Source: Candidatus Borrarchaeum weybense (GTDB taxonomy: Archaea > Asgardarchaeota > Sifarchaeia > Borrarchaeales > Borrarchaeaceae). Taken from it: a DNA stretch of 64,000 nucleotides. The stretch's first letter is position 1, and the number at the start of each line of letters is the position of its first letter. Shown here one piece after another: positions 39,183-49,391 of the stretch. The notes beneath the pieces were generated by a model, which saw nothing but the letters and a program-made list of their open reading frames with translations, was not told the DNA's origin and ran no database searches. The stretch is taken from positions 741,062 through 805,061 of the forward strand of contig JAHQJS010000004.1 of assembly GCA_019057385.1 (NCBI GenBank), in the 5' to 3' direction. The position numbers and the translations under genes were made by a program.

Positions 39183-39449
39183 ATGTCACCAAGATATGTA
39201 TGTCCAATTTGTCTGATGGAAGAAGATAGACATCACAAATTAATTGAAAATGAAAATGAACGTGAAAACAATCTTCTTGCTGTGAAACGAATCCCAATTC
39301 TCGTAAAGCGTGATGAATCTACTCAAGTACGGTTTATTCTTACAACGATTCATGAACATTGTTATGAATCCTATATGTCTCCACTTTCACAAAGTGGTCT
39401 AAAAAATGGGGTAGTTAGAATTAAAAAAATAGTCGATGTATTTAAGTAA
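39183..39449 (+). CDS. Small hypothetical protein, possible Zn binder
   Basis: CPIC and HEHC. Confidence 0.4.
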   Translation: MSPRYVCPICLMEEDRHHKLIENENERENNLLAVKRIPILVKRDESTQVRFILTTIHEHCYESYMSPLSQSGLKNGVVRIKKIVDVFK

Positions 39450-39489
39450 CCTAGAACGGTCATAATCGACTATAACTAATTTTATATAC

Positions 39490-40299
39490 TTGTTATTTTT
39501 ATTGAAAATTGAAATGATTTCTTGGATTTTGGCTTTTATTATAGCTATTTGGTGTTTAGTTAAACGGTTTAGGAAAGATGGTAAAGTTAGTGAATATCCA
39601 CTGGGAATGCCGCGAGGTACTGTGAGAGCTTATATTGCTATTATTGTTGTAGCGTTTCCTTTTAATTATTTAATTGTAAATCAAGAGATCCCAAGAGTTG
39701 TAACAAGTGCAATTTTTATCTTGGTAGCATTTTATTTTGAAACACGTAAAACTAAGAGAGAGAGACTATCACTACTTATTCATGAAGTGAAACACCCTGA
39801 AAAAGCTGAGGAGGAAAAAAGAAAAGAAAAATATCCTCTTTATATTCCGAAATATTCTGTAAGGAGCTTATTAGTCCTTATGTTAGCTTCCATATTATAT
39901 GTTAATTTTTACGGACCTAATGTCACCTTTGAAGTCACTAATACGTTAATAGATATCTTTATTATTATTGTTTTCTTCATACTAGGTTCAATATTTCGAA
40001 GAATTGGATCAAGCGGAGAAGAAAGAGAGTTCAAAGACCAGGTTAGGATGAAACTAAAAGAAACACCTAGAATCTCTGATATTTCAATGATAAAATATAT
40101 AGAGGAACAAGAGTCAGGCTGGATACAAAAATCATTCAAAAATTTTGTTTCTATTTTAACACTATTTGCAATTCTTACTGCATTAGCGATGTATACAATA
40201 GATTTGGATTATGATCTTTTAATTCTGCCGCTATATGCGTTTACAGTACGTTCTACTTTGTTTTTAATGATTAATGTCTACTATGGTTTTAGAGAATGA
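39490..40299 (+). CDS. Membrane protein with internal duplication
   Basis: YPLGMPRGTVRA and YPLYIPKYSVRS repeats, each followed by TM pairs. Confidence 0.65.
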   Translation: MLFLLKIEMISWILAFIIAIWCLVKRFRKDGKVSEYPLGMPRGTVRAYIAIIVVAFPFNYLIVNQEIPRVVTSAIFILVAFYFETRKTKRERLSLLIHEVKHPEKAEEEKRKEKYPLYIPKYSVRSLLVLMLASILYVNFYGPNVTFEVTNTLIDIFIIIVFFILGSIFRRIGSSGEEREFKDQVRMKLKETPRISDISMIKYIEEQESGWIQKSFKNFVSILTLFAILTALAMYTIDLDYDLLILPLYAFTVRSTLFLMINVYYGFRE

Positions 40300-40373
40300 A
40301 CTATTTTCTCTTAAGAACAGACTTATAATTATACGAGAATCTGTTTCCACCAGAAAAAATGATGTTCCGTGAC

Positions 40374-41270
40374 TTATCTTTCAAGGAATTCAACTGTTAA
40401 GTCTTTACGAGATAACATTTTATGCGGATTATTAATGATGTTTTCTAAGATTGAGAGCATTTCGTTCTTTTCTTCTGGAAGACTCCCGCAAAAGTTTGTG
40501 TAATTTGAGAGATGATCATTAAATACATCACTAGTTACTCTTAATTCTTTTAATATCGAATATTCCTCTTTCAAAACTTCACGTGGTCGTAACTCCTTAA
40601 AAATGCCTAACAACATATCGAGATAGAGTGGTGAATTAGGCAAGATGTGTAATGTCCTGAAGCGGATCATATGAGGTTTGATTGAATTTAGAATACGCGT
40701 TGTTTCAATAATGTGTTCTTTAGAGAATTTCTTGCCTCCGAGACCTAGAATCACATTAACGGAGAGCTTGAATCCCATATGCATAACTTTCTTGCTTGCG
40801 TTAATTATTTCCTCTGGAGTTATTCCTTTCTTACACATTTTGAGAAGTGAAGCGCTCCCAGTCTCTATTCCCATATAGATTGTTTGTAATCCATAGTCAT
40901 GAAGTTTTATCAGTTCATCATTCTTTTTCTCCAGTATATCCGAGGCTCTAGCGTAACTGCTTATGTGTTGAGGATGAGGGAAGTTTTGATTAATGAATTG
41001 AAGTACATCGCACAACACTTTTGTTTCGGAGCTAATAGCACTGCTGCCACCTAAAAAGAAGTTAGTAGCAAAACTTAACGATGACTTTATTCTTTCTAAA
41101 TCTTTAAAAATATCTGTTCGAGAGCGTTTTCTAAAAAATTGTGCTCTTGGATCTTTATATAGCCAACAAAATGTACATAGATTCCAAGCACATCCTTCAG
41201 TAATCTCAATTGACGCACTGTACACTTCACACGGAGGACGAACGTGAATGCCTTGAGCTATAACTACAAT
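40374..41270 (-). CDS. Radical SAM protein (start probably non-canonical, near 41270)
   Basis: RPPCE..S..GCAWNLCTFC, YMGIETG, ILGLGG, DHLSNY. Confidence 0.85.
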   Translation of the reverse strand: MVVIAQGIHVRPPCEVYSASIEITEGCAWNLCTFCWLYKDPRAQFFRKRSRTDIFKDLERIKSSLSFATNFFLGGSSAISSETKVLCDVLQFINQNFPHPQHISSYARASDILEKKNDELIKLHDYGLQTIYMGIETGSASLLKMCKKGITPEEIINASKKVMHMGFKLSVNVILGLGGKKFSKEHIIETTRILNSIKPHMIRFRTLHILPNSPLYLDMLLGIFKELRPREVLKEEYSILKELRVTSDVFNDHLSNYTNFCGSLPEEKNEMLSILENIINNPHKMLSRKDLTVEFLER

Positions 41271-41297
41271 ACAACCCTCCAGTTCACATACTAGGGC

Positions 41298-41651
41298 TCA
41301 ATAAGCAACGCCCCTACCTTTAACTCTTAATTCATCTTCAGCTAGTTTCCATACCTCGCCCTCGACATCCCACGTTGTTCCAATATCTTTGATTTTCATT
41401 TCTTTGTCTAACACAAGATATATCTTATCCTCATGCTTCTGAACGATCATAATGTGGTTTCGTAATTTTTCTGGAAGTGAGTCATACCATTTGAATATCC
41501 TTTCGTCTCTGTCTCTATTCCATTGAACAATAACGTCTTTGTATAAAGTGAATCCATAGCGATATTGATCTGCTTCTTCTTTGTTTGGGAAATTGTCTGG
41601 ATATCGAATTTTTCCTTTTGGATGATCTATTTTTATTGATACAGATGACAT
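41298..41651 (-). CDS. Hypothetical protein
   Basis: AGGTGG SD; natural composition. Confidence 0.6.
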   Translation of the reverse strand: MSSVSIKIDHPKGKIRYPDNFPNKEEADQYRYGFTLYKDVIVQWNRDRDERIFKWYDSLPEKLRNHIMIVQKHEDKIYLVLDKEMKIKDIGTTWDVEGEVWKLAEDELRVKGRGVAY

Positions 41652-41826
41652 TCTTTAATCCACCTTTATTTCAGAGTTCATTGATCAGTGAATCAATGGT
41701 AGATTATCTTAACTGAATAAGTGCTGGTTCTTTTAAAAAATTTAACTTATGCGGAGGAAATTCCCTTTCTGATGGATGGCTCGTTCAAATAAAAAAAGAA
41801 GGTAACGAAGAGCGCATTAAAAGGTG

Positions 41827-42756
41827 TTAGATAAATGACAAAGACAAAGCATCATGTTTACAGGCGTTGACACACTCAAGACACAAAATACAGTTATCAT
41901 CGCGAACCTTTTCTAATTCTTCGCCTGCGCCGGTATCCAATAAACGTACACCCATTGGACATACCTTCATACAATCATCGCATTCTCCTTTCGGACATCG
42001 AATTGGATTTCTTTTAAGCGTTAAGAGACCATATTTTCCACAATATCCTAATATTCCACCTAGCGGACAGAAGTATCTGCACCATGCCCTAGGCACATAT
42101 ACTGAAACCAAAACAATGATTACAAGGACTGCGACACGAATCCAGAGAAGAACTGGCCAACCACCTAATTGATAAAGTTTTTCATAAGAGGGAGGAAGGA
42201 AAAATAGGATATTTGCAAAGAAATGCGGTAAAAAACTAAATAGCGTAGCAGCAGGATCAATCGGCGCAAAAGAATTATTTGCAAAAGGACCAAAAGCCCC
42301 TACTATCCCTGTACTACTTCTTTGTAGTCGTCTAATTCCAATAATAGTTGATATCAAAATTGTAGCAATTAAAATATAAAGTCTTATTTGTCTCAAGGAG
42401 TTGTCATTTTGCCGAGTTATCGGTTTGACATGCTTTTTAGGTCGAATATATGAAAGAAGGTCTTCAACAAATCCAAAAGGACACGCCCAAGCACAGGGTG
42501 TGCGACCTAAAAATACAGCCGTAAGTAAAATAATTCCTATTGCGAGTAAAGGAAAAATACCAAATGCAAGTGACGTCAAGAGGATGTCATAGGCCCCGGC
42601 AACCGTTGTATAAGGCGCTCCTGTTGGTTGTATAAAAGGAACGATTATTGCTGCGAAAGCCAAATCAAAAAGGACTCCAAATACTATAAGGAAGACACAC
42701 AGTTGAATTATTGATCGAAATAATCTCATTTTGTTTCTAATAAGCCATGGGTGCAT
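41827..42756 (-). CDS. NapH/MauN-type membrane polyferredoxin
   Basis: GRTPCAWACPFG, RAWCRYFCPLG and two CxxCxxxC ferredoxin motifs. Confidence 0.9.
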   Translation of the reverse strand: MHPWLIRNKMRLFRSIIQLCVFLIVFGVLFDLAFAAIIVPFIQPTGAPYTTVAGAYDILLTSLAFGIFPLLAIGIILLTAVFLGRTPCAWACPFGFVEDLLSYIRPKKHVKPITRQNDNSLRQIRLYILIATILISTIIGIRRLQRSSTGIVGAFGPFANNSFAPIDPAATLFSFLPHFFANILFFLPPSYEKLYQLGGWPVLLWIRVAVLVIIVLVSVYVPRAWCRYFCPLGGILGYCGKYGLLTLKRNPIRCPKGECDDCMKVCPMGVRLLDTGAGEELEKVRDDNCILCLECVNACKHDALSLSFI

Positions 42757-42930
42757 TAAAGTCGCGTCCTTTCAATAATTTTTTCGAAGTTAAAGAATAA
42801 TCCACTTATACACGGAAATTGCTATACAAATGAGAGCTATCACAGAGTTTAGTAAACACTCAATACGATACCTTTCTTCTATTAGCATTCCAGTTTTTCA
42901 TGATTTGAGAGGCAGTATTATCATAAAACC

Positions 42931-43320
42931 GTGAACTACTCCACCCTGACGGATGAAGTTTCCTGCGAGTCCTCCCAACCCTTGCGGGAAACTCTCGTTT
43001 TACGATCGGCTGTGTGTCGCAGATCATCCTCTTGTGAGGATGGCCTGTCCACCTGGCATTCTGTGATAGGAACCTTCAGTTCCAGCATCACATCATACGG
43101 GTTCGTCAAATGCTATTGTCCTTTTACCTTCGCAGTTAACCGCGCTGGTTAGCAACTGTACGAATCCTCGCTCACAGGGTCGCCTCTTCAATCATCCTAC
43201 CGGGAGTTTTGTATCCCTGCCTTCCTCTCGATATTCATCACCACCCTTCTGGGCAAAACACTTTATAAAGCTAGCGGCTTTCATCCCCTACCTGACAGAA
43301 GGGAACTTTCCGCCGATAAT
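42931..43320 (-). mobile_element. Non-autonomous IS200/IS605-type element enclosing a GC-rich structured RNA-like region
   Basis: Minus strand: left-end hairpin CGGCGGAAAGTTCCCTTCTGTCAGGTAGGGGATGAAAGCCG, TTTATAAA box, several hairpins, right end GGAAACTTCATCCGTCAGGGTGGAGTAGTTCAC. Confidence 0.7.
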
Positions 43321-43485
43321 GTTAAAAACATGATGTATATCTAAAGCACACTATTTCCTAACTAGAACACTTACGCTTATTTAGTCTTTTCAATTAATTT
43401 GAAAACGCAAAACCTGAGATTCTATTCGGAATTTGAGTTAAATGAGCGCTTAAACAACCTTAATTAACTTTGGGAAACACCAAAC

Positions 43486-44811
43486 ATGTCTTTAGATCTC
43501 AAATCAATATCAAATACACCTTTTTCTATCCCTGACTATCACCAGAATATTTCTATGGTAGTCCCTTCAGCTTTTAAATGTTTAGATCAAGATCTTGGAA
43601 GGCGTTCACTTTTTGATCTACCACAGACAAAACGGGTTTTGGAAGCTAACGAATGTATGGATGCTGAAACTGCTGTCGTCATTTTAGTGGATACTTTAGG
43701 TTTTACAAAACTACAAGAGATGTCAAATTGGCTTTTTCCTATTATTAAAAGTCATGGATTTCAATTATCTTCAACGTGTCCCACGATAACATCCACATGT
43801 TTAATGAGTGCTCATACTGGGCTAACTCCCTGCGAACATGGAATCGTTGGACACAAGATATACATTCCTGAGTACGATAACATAATAGATTTCCTTAAGA
43901 TGAGTCCGATTGACTTTAAAACGCGAGATAGCTTAATGAGCAGCGGAATTAACTTTCGAAAACTCGCTTGGAATCCTTCGCTTTATGATTTAATGAATCG
44001 TGATTTGGTTGCACATGTAGGTTTAATCCACCACAGAATTCTCGGCACAGGACTATCTAACTTGCTTGTAGATCCCAAAATACGGACTGACATTGGCTAT
44101 GCAAACATGATAGACTTATTCGCAAAAGCAAAGAAGATAATAAAGAATAAGACTAATAAGAAGATTCAGCAGCCAAAAATGCTCCTTAACATTTATATTG
44201 GATATTTGGATGAACTCTCTCATCTATACGGACCGAATAGTCAAGAATATCTTGCAGGTTTTCATTATTTTGAAATTAGACTTCGTGAATTTATTAATAC
44301 TTTAGAAAAAAATGGCTTGGGTGAAAAGACTACTCTTTTTCTTTTTTCTGATCATGGTCAAGTTCCGATAGATAAAATACTTGCTTTTACGAAGGATGAC
44401 ATCGAACAGTTAGGCAAATATCTTTCTTTTAGACCTGGAAGGAGTGGACGTGCAATCCATTTTTACATAAAATCAGAGTTTTTAGACGAGGCTAAAAACT
44501 TCCTTTCTAACTTCATTGGAGATAAAGGCGTTGTATATAATTTCTCAGATGTGGTAGACTTTCTAGGATGTCTCCCGTCTAATAATCACAACATAAAAAG
44601 ATTACAAGAACGATTTGGGGATCTAATAGTCTTCTTAAAAACTGGCTATCATCTAGACCTTCCAAAACCAACTAAAGAGAAAAAAATGGATTGGATTGAT
44701 AGACTAATGAGTCCCACAGTCAAGTTCGGTTCACACGGATCTCTAACGCTTGATGAATTAATTGTGCCTTGTCTAGCATCAAATGTATCTAAGATCGCCC
44801 AACAAATTTGA
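43486..44811 (+). CDS. Alkaline phosphatase superfamily (nucleotide pyrophosphatase-like) protein
   Basis: VILVDTLG, PTITST, HGIVG, DELSHLYGP, SDHGQ, GSHGSLT. Confidence 0.85.
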   Translation: MSLDLKSISNTPFSIPDYHQNISMVVPSAFKCLDQDLGRRSLFDLPQTKRVLEANECMDAETAVVILVDTLGFTKLQEMSNWLFPIIKSHGFQLSSTCPTITSTCLMSAHTGLTPCEHGIVGHKIYIPEYDNIIDFLKMSPIDFKTRDSLMSSGINFRKLAWNPSLYDLMNRDLVAHVGLIHHRILGTGLSNLLVDPKIRTDIGYANMIDLFAKAKKIIKNKTNKKIQQPKMLLNIYIGYLDELSHLYGPNSQEYLAGFHYFEIRLREFINTLEKNGLGEKTTLFLFSDHGQVPIDKILAFTKDDIEQLGKYLSFRPGRSGRAIHFYIKSEFLDEAKNFLSNFIGDKGVVYNFSDVVDFLGCLPSNNHNIKRLQERFGDLIVFLKTGYHLDLPKPTKEKKMDWIDRLMSPTVKFGSHGSLTLDELIVPCLASNVSKIAQQI

Positions 44812-44816
44812 AAATA

Positions 44817-45608
44817 CTATCTTTCTTTTGCCAAGATGGATTTTGCAACGTCAGCCATCTTAGAAAACATAGCTCCAGCAGCTTTCATATACTCGATAAG
44901 ACGCTCCAACAATCGAATTCGGTAAGCGTGACCACTACATGCGGGGTGGAGTGTAAGGTTAAAAACTCGGTAACCCTCTGGGATGTCTTCCATTTCTATT
45001 AGGGCATCAAACTGAGCTTTCCATATTTCAAAAACTGATGAAGGTGATGTTTGTTTCATTTCGAACAAAGGCCAGTCATCGAGAAACCATTCTACAGGGA
45101 ATTCAACTAACTTTCCGGCAATGTCTGAAAACTGCAAAACATAAGGTCGATCATCTGCCATCAGACTCGAATCATAAATATAGCCCATTTCCGTGATCAA
45201 CTGAAGTGTATTATGAGCCAGTCTCCAGTATGGGGCTCTAAATCCTTTTACTGAACCTGAACCTCCAATTTTTTCCAGAGCCTTGTGAGTCTTTTGAAGT
45301 GCATCTTTTTGCTCATAGACTGAGAGGGTATCAAAATTCTCATGTAGATAGCCATGTGCCGCAATTTCGTGATCGTGTGAAACGATTTCGCTCATAGTTT
45401 CTGGATATTGTTCTGCTGTCCATCCGCAGGTAAAAAAGGTCGCTTGAATCTCATGTTTTTCTAGGAGGGCAAGAATTCGGGATAAGCCTCTTTTGACGGC
45501 AAATTGCCCTTTCGAAACCCTAACAGCTTCTTCAAGCGCTCGGATTTGGACACTTTCCGCATCATAGTCAAAAGTCAAACATACAATAATATCTGTCATG
45601 TTGATCAC
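44817..45608 (-). CDS. Polysaccharide deacetylase family protein
   Basis: LTFDYD, ATFF, HEIAAHGYLH, GFRAPYW, YDSS, LTLHP. Confidence 0.9.
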   Translation of the reverse strand: MINMTDIIVCLTFDYDAESVQIRALEEAVRVSKGQFAVKRGLSRILALLEKHEIQATFFTCGWTAEQYPETMSEIVSHDHEIAAHGYLHENFDTLSVYEQKDALQKTHKALEKIGGSGSVKGFRAPYWRLAHNTLQLITEMGYIYDSSLMADDRPYVLQFSDIAGKLVEFPVEWFLDDWPLFEMKQTSPSSVFEIWKAQFDALIEMEDIPEGYRVFNLTLHPACSGHAYRIRLLERLIEYMKAAGAMFSKMADVAKSILAKER

Positions 45609-45653
45609 TTCCTAGCTAAAAAAAAGTTTATATGGTCCATTATTTTGAGACTA

Positions 45654-46187
45654 TTATTTTCGTTTGCGCTTTTTCTTCTTCCTTGTGCCAAATAATTCTA
45701 TTACAGACACATATGCAAGTCCTATTGCTCCAATACATATTCCTGCAGCCGCAATAATCAGAAATACAGGGTTTTCGGATGTTTCCCTCTCTGGAGATGT
45801 AATAATGGTAACACTAGATTGTCCGTAATGTGTATCTCCTCTGGCTTGGACTTCCGCTGTCAAACTCCACGTTCCTATTGCTAGTGAAGATGTGTTGAAT
45901 GTCGTTTTGTAAATACCAGTTTGAAGTTTTGCAAACATCGAAGATGTTACTTCAAACTCTCTTGAGAGTTGACTCAAAGTTAATTTAATTCTAGCGTTTC
46001 CGACCGGATCTCCATTATCAAAGACAGTTACATTGACCTCAAGCAAATCGCCTTTGACAACTTGATTTTGATAGGGGGTGACGGTGACTACAACGTCTGC
46101 ATGAGTTTCTTTAGGGTATATACTTAATGAGATCGTAAGCACAAACAAGATTGAAATTAAAATCATCAACTTCCTGTTTCGGTACAT
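45654..46187 (-). CDS. Surface protein with Ig-like domain and C-terminal anchor
   Basis: Signal peptide, beta-rich core, TM and basic tail. Confidence 0.65.
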   Translation of the reverse strand: MYRNRKLMILISILFVLTISLSIYPKETHADVVVTVTPYQNQVVKGDLLEVNVTVFDNGDPVGNARIKLTLSQLSREFEVTSSMFAKLQTGIYKTTFNTSSLAIGTWSLTAEVQARGDTHYGQSSVTIITSPERETSENPVFLIIAAAGICIGAIGLAYVSVIELFGTRKKKKRKRK

Positions 46188-46318
46188 TTAAATTGGACCC
46201 CCGTTTTTTAACGACGGATAAATTTTGCTAATAAGACTTATAAAATCTGCTAAGTCTTTTTAAACTTATCATGTGAAGTGTATTTGCTTCATTTATAAGA
46301 AAAAAATACATTTGAGTT

Positions 46319-46888
46319 TTGAGGGAGGCGCTGGCCTTGAGTCAAACGATGAAACGTGTGAAAGAAGGAGTATTACAACTACTTGAAAATAGAAAATATA
46401 AAGTCGAATCGATCGAAGAGACCGAGTCAGAAATCGATATCCTTGCAAAAAAGAAAGAGGATAAAAAAGTCCTGAATTTTTTAGTACGCATTCCTAGCAA
46501 AAATGTTGTCGGTGTTGCATTAGTACGAGCATTAGATAAAGCAATGAAAAAACATGGTGTAGAGCAGGCGCTACTTGCAACTTTAGAAAGATATACGCCA
46601 GCCGCAAAAGCTGAATCAAAAAAGAAGAATATTGAATTACTTCCAACAAAGTATCCTATTTTTAATATTTTTGAACATGTTCTTGTTCCAAAACATGAAT
46701 TATTATCTGAAAAGGAAGCTAATGAAGTTTTAAAACACTATAATATTAGCAAACATCAACTTCCCGCAATTCAAGCCGCGGATCCCGCAGCAAAAGCTAT
46801 AGGGGCAAAACCTGGACGAATAGTAAAAATATATCGAGAAAGCCCTACTGCTGGTTTACATATCGTCTATCGAGTCGTTGTAGAATAG
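46319..46888 (+). CDS. rpo5: RNA polymerase subunit Rpo5/RpoH with an extra N-terminal domain (RPB5-like architecture)
   Basis: HVLVPKHELL..QLPAI..DP..GAKPG.IVKIYRESPTAG..YRVV, preceded by about 110 aa. Confidence 0.9.
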   Translation: MREALALSQTMKRVKEGVLQLLENRKYKVESIEETESEIDILAKKKEDKKVLNFLVRIPSKNVVGVALVRALDKAMKKHGVEQALLATLERYTPAAKAESKKKNIELLPTKYPIFNIFEHVLVPKHELLSEKEANEVLKHYNISKHQLPAIQAADPAAKAIGAKPGRIVKIYRESPTAGLHIVYRVVVE

Positions 46889-46943
46889 TCTTTTTTACAT
46901 TTCCGCGGATTATTGTTTTGTTGTTATTAGGAGGTGCGCATTA

Positions 46944-47882
46944 ATTCGCATTACGCTGTTAAGTGGAGGGACTGGTACTCCAAAATTACTGCAAGGTCTT
47001 GTAAGGCTTGTTTCTGAGGAAAATTTGACTATAATTTGTAATACTGCAGATGATTACTATTTTTATGGTCTTTATGTCTGCCCGGACATTGATTCTGTCC
47101 TCTACTGCCTAAAAAGTTTTTTAGATGAAGAAAAATGGTGGGGAATAAAAGGTGACACTTTTAATTGCCTTGATATGTTAAAACTGTATGGTTATGATCC
47201 TTGGTTTCAATTAGGGGATCGCGATCTCGCACTTCATATCCATAGGACGCGTTTATTGAAAGAAGGTCTTTCTTTATCTGAGATTATCAATGATGCCTGC
47301 ATGCGCTTGAATATAAAGCCTCATATAATTCCCATGACTGATCAGAAAGTCACAACAATGGTCTTTACTGACAAGGGTAAATTGAATTTTCAAGAGTTTT
47401 GGGTACGGGAACATGCAAATGTAAAGGTATTTTCGGTTGAATTTGAAGGAATTAAGAGAGCAGAACCAACCCAAGATGTAATTGATTCAATTATGGAAAG
47501 TGATGCCATAATTATCGGACCAAGTAATCCTGTTACCTCAATAGGACCTATTCTGGAAGTAAAAGGTATCAAAACAGCCTTAGAAAGGACACAAGGCATA
47601 AAAATCGCGATTTCTCCTATAATCGGAGAAAAACCATTGAGCGGTCCTGCTGGTCAACTCATGGAAACTCAAAACCTTAGTGTTTCTCCGTACGCTATTG
47701 CAAAGATTTATTCTAACTTCTTAGACGTTCTAATTATACATAGTACTGATACAGGATTGGTTCCTCAAATTGAAGAACTTGGAATATCTGTATTTTCTAC
47801 TAACATCATAATGAAGAGTCTTGATGATAAAATCACTCTAGCTCAAGAAATCCTTCGTTTAATTGAGGAAAAAACATGTTAA
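46944..47882 (+). CDS. cofD: 2-phospho-L-lactate transferase (start probably non-canonical)
   Basis: In-frame LSGGTGTPKLLQG upstream of the track start; PDIDSVLY, LGDRD, FQEFWV, GPSNPVTSIGPI, SGPA. Confidence 0.92.
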   Translation: MRITLLSGGTGTPKLLQGLVRLVSEENLTIICNTADDYYFYGLYVCPDIDSVLYCLKSFLDEEKWWGIKGDTFNCLDMLKLYGYDPWFQLGDRDLALHIHRTRLLKEGLSLSEIINDACMRLNIKPHIIPMTDQKVTTMVFTDKGKLNFQEFWVREHANVKVFSVEFEGIKRAEPTQDVIDSIMESDAIIIGPSNPVTSIGPILEVKGIKTALERTQGIKIAISPIIGEKPLSGPAGQLMETQNLSVSPYAIAKIYSNFLDVLIIHSTDTGLVPQIEELGISVFSTNIIMKSLDDKITLAQEILRLIEEKTC

Positions 47883-48649
47883 AATTGCAAAATCCTGCAA
47901 TACTATCCGCAATGGCGGGTGTTACTAATGGTGATTTTTGTGCACGAGTTGCGAAAGGTGGAGCTGGCATGATCACTCTTGGCGGATTTAATTTTGATAA
48001 GGCAACGCTTAGCGCAGCAAAACTTATCACAACTAGAGAAAGGCCAGAATTTATTATAGATCTTGAGGAACTGCCAGAATATACTGAACGTCAAGTTTCT
48101 ATTGCCCGTGAAGGAAAAACTCTCGTAAATATAAATATACGTGTTACCTCAAGAGATGGGTTACTTCTGGCAGCAAAAATATCACAGGATGCAGGTGCAG
48201 ATGCTATTGAACTAAATGCACATTGTAGACAACCGGAAATTATGGATCTAGGAACTGGACAGGCACTGCTAAAAAACTCCAAAAAATTGTGTCAGTGGAT
48301 TACAATCCTCAAAAATAATGTGAATATTCCCCTAATTGTTAAAATTCGGGCCAACATCGTCGATGAAGTGACTTTAGTGAAAAATATGGTTACAGCAGGT
48401 GCAGATGCTATTCATGTCGATGCAATGAAACCTGGATCTCCTTATGCTGATTTAGACGTTATAAAAAGGATATCCAACTCTATCGATACATATTTGATAG
48501 GTAATAATTCTGTAAAAGACATTAATTCAGCAATACAAATGCTGAACGCCGGTGCCGATGCATTTTCAATTGCTAGGGCTGCTATAAAAAATCCTGAAAT
48601 AGTTGGAAAAATTGGGAAGGCTACAATGAAACCTTACAATTATTTATAA
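47876..48649 (+). CDS. Dus-like FMN TIM-barrel protein (MJ0144-like)
   Basis: LSAMAGVT, ELNAHCRQPE, HVDAM, IGNNSV, SIARA. Confidence 0.8.
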   Translation: MLKLQNPAILSAMAGVTNGDFCARVAKGGAGMITLGGFNFDKATLSAAKLITTRERPEFIIDLEELPEYTERQVSIAREGKTLVNINIRVTSRDGLLLAAKISQDAGADAIELNAHCRQPEIMDLGTGQALLKNSKKLCQWITILKNNVNIPLIVKIRANIVDEVTLVKNMVTAGADAIHVDAMKPGSPYADLDVIKRISNSIDTYLIGNNSVKDINSAIQMLNAGADAFSIARAAIKNPEIVGKIGKATMKPYNYL

Positions 48650-48823
48650 AATAGCGGAATAGTTGATGTAATTCCACGTTTTATTGCTGAAGACTTTTTC
48701 TAAAATTTTTAGACTCATTTGCGTCTTAGAGTAATCAATTGTTGTGAACGAACTACTACAGATCAAAAATCATTTTCTCTGAATATAATGTCAGTTTTTG
48801 AGAGGGAAAAAGATAAAAAAACG

Positions 48824-49324
48824 TTACATTCTCTTCAAATATGCTGGTACATCAAGTACTTCTATGTAGAATTCACATTCAGGATCCCCTTTTCCATAGC
48901 ACCTGATCTCGCGTACAAGACATCGTCTGTCTTTTAATCGTTCAATGACACCTGAAATGAGTCCCGTTTCAAAGCTGCATGCCGGCTTTCCTAGGTTTGG
49001 AAGACCTGCAGATGATAGGGTCTCCAGCAATATCAGATTTCCGATCCCTTTATCTGAATCAAATGTAAATGATTTTGTTCTTGCAATACTTTTCTTTTCC
49101 ATCCACTGCAAAAATTCTTCGAATTCCTTAAATTTTGTTCTCCTACCCAACGCCTTGCCACCAGCATAAGCCAGTGTTTTTGACGCATCCTCTCCAACGA
49201 CATCACGTAGGCTGAATAAACTTAATGCTCTAAATAGTCGAATATCTATTGTTGCGCCTAAATTAGGCCGGTCAACCCTGTCAAGTTCTGGCATTCTAAC
49301 CTTTTCCAATATTCCCAACTCCAA
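48824..49324 (-). CDS. V4R domain protein
   Basis: RPNLG, GKPACSFETGLISG, EIRCYGKGDPECEF. Confidence 0.85.
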   Translation of the reverse strand: MELGILEKVRMPELDRVDRPNLGATIDIRLFRALSLFSLRDVVGEDASKTLAYAGGKALGRRTKFKEFEEFLQWMEKKSIARTKSFTFDSDKGIGNLILLETLSSAGLPNLGKPACSFETGLISGVIERLKDRRCLVREIRCYGKGDPECEFYIEVLDVPAYLKRM

Positions 49325-49391
49325 AAAGTGAGATAACCATTAGTCCTTATGTCATCTCACCTTTCGACCTAGAAAAATCTTTTGGAAGAAA

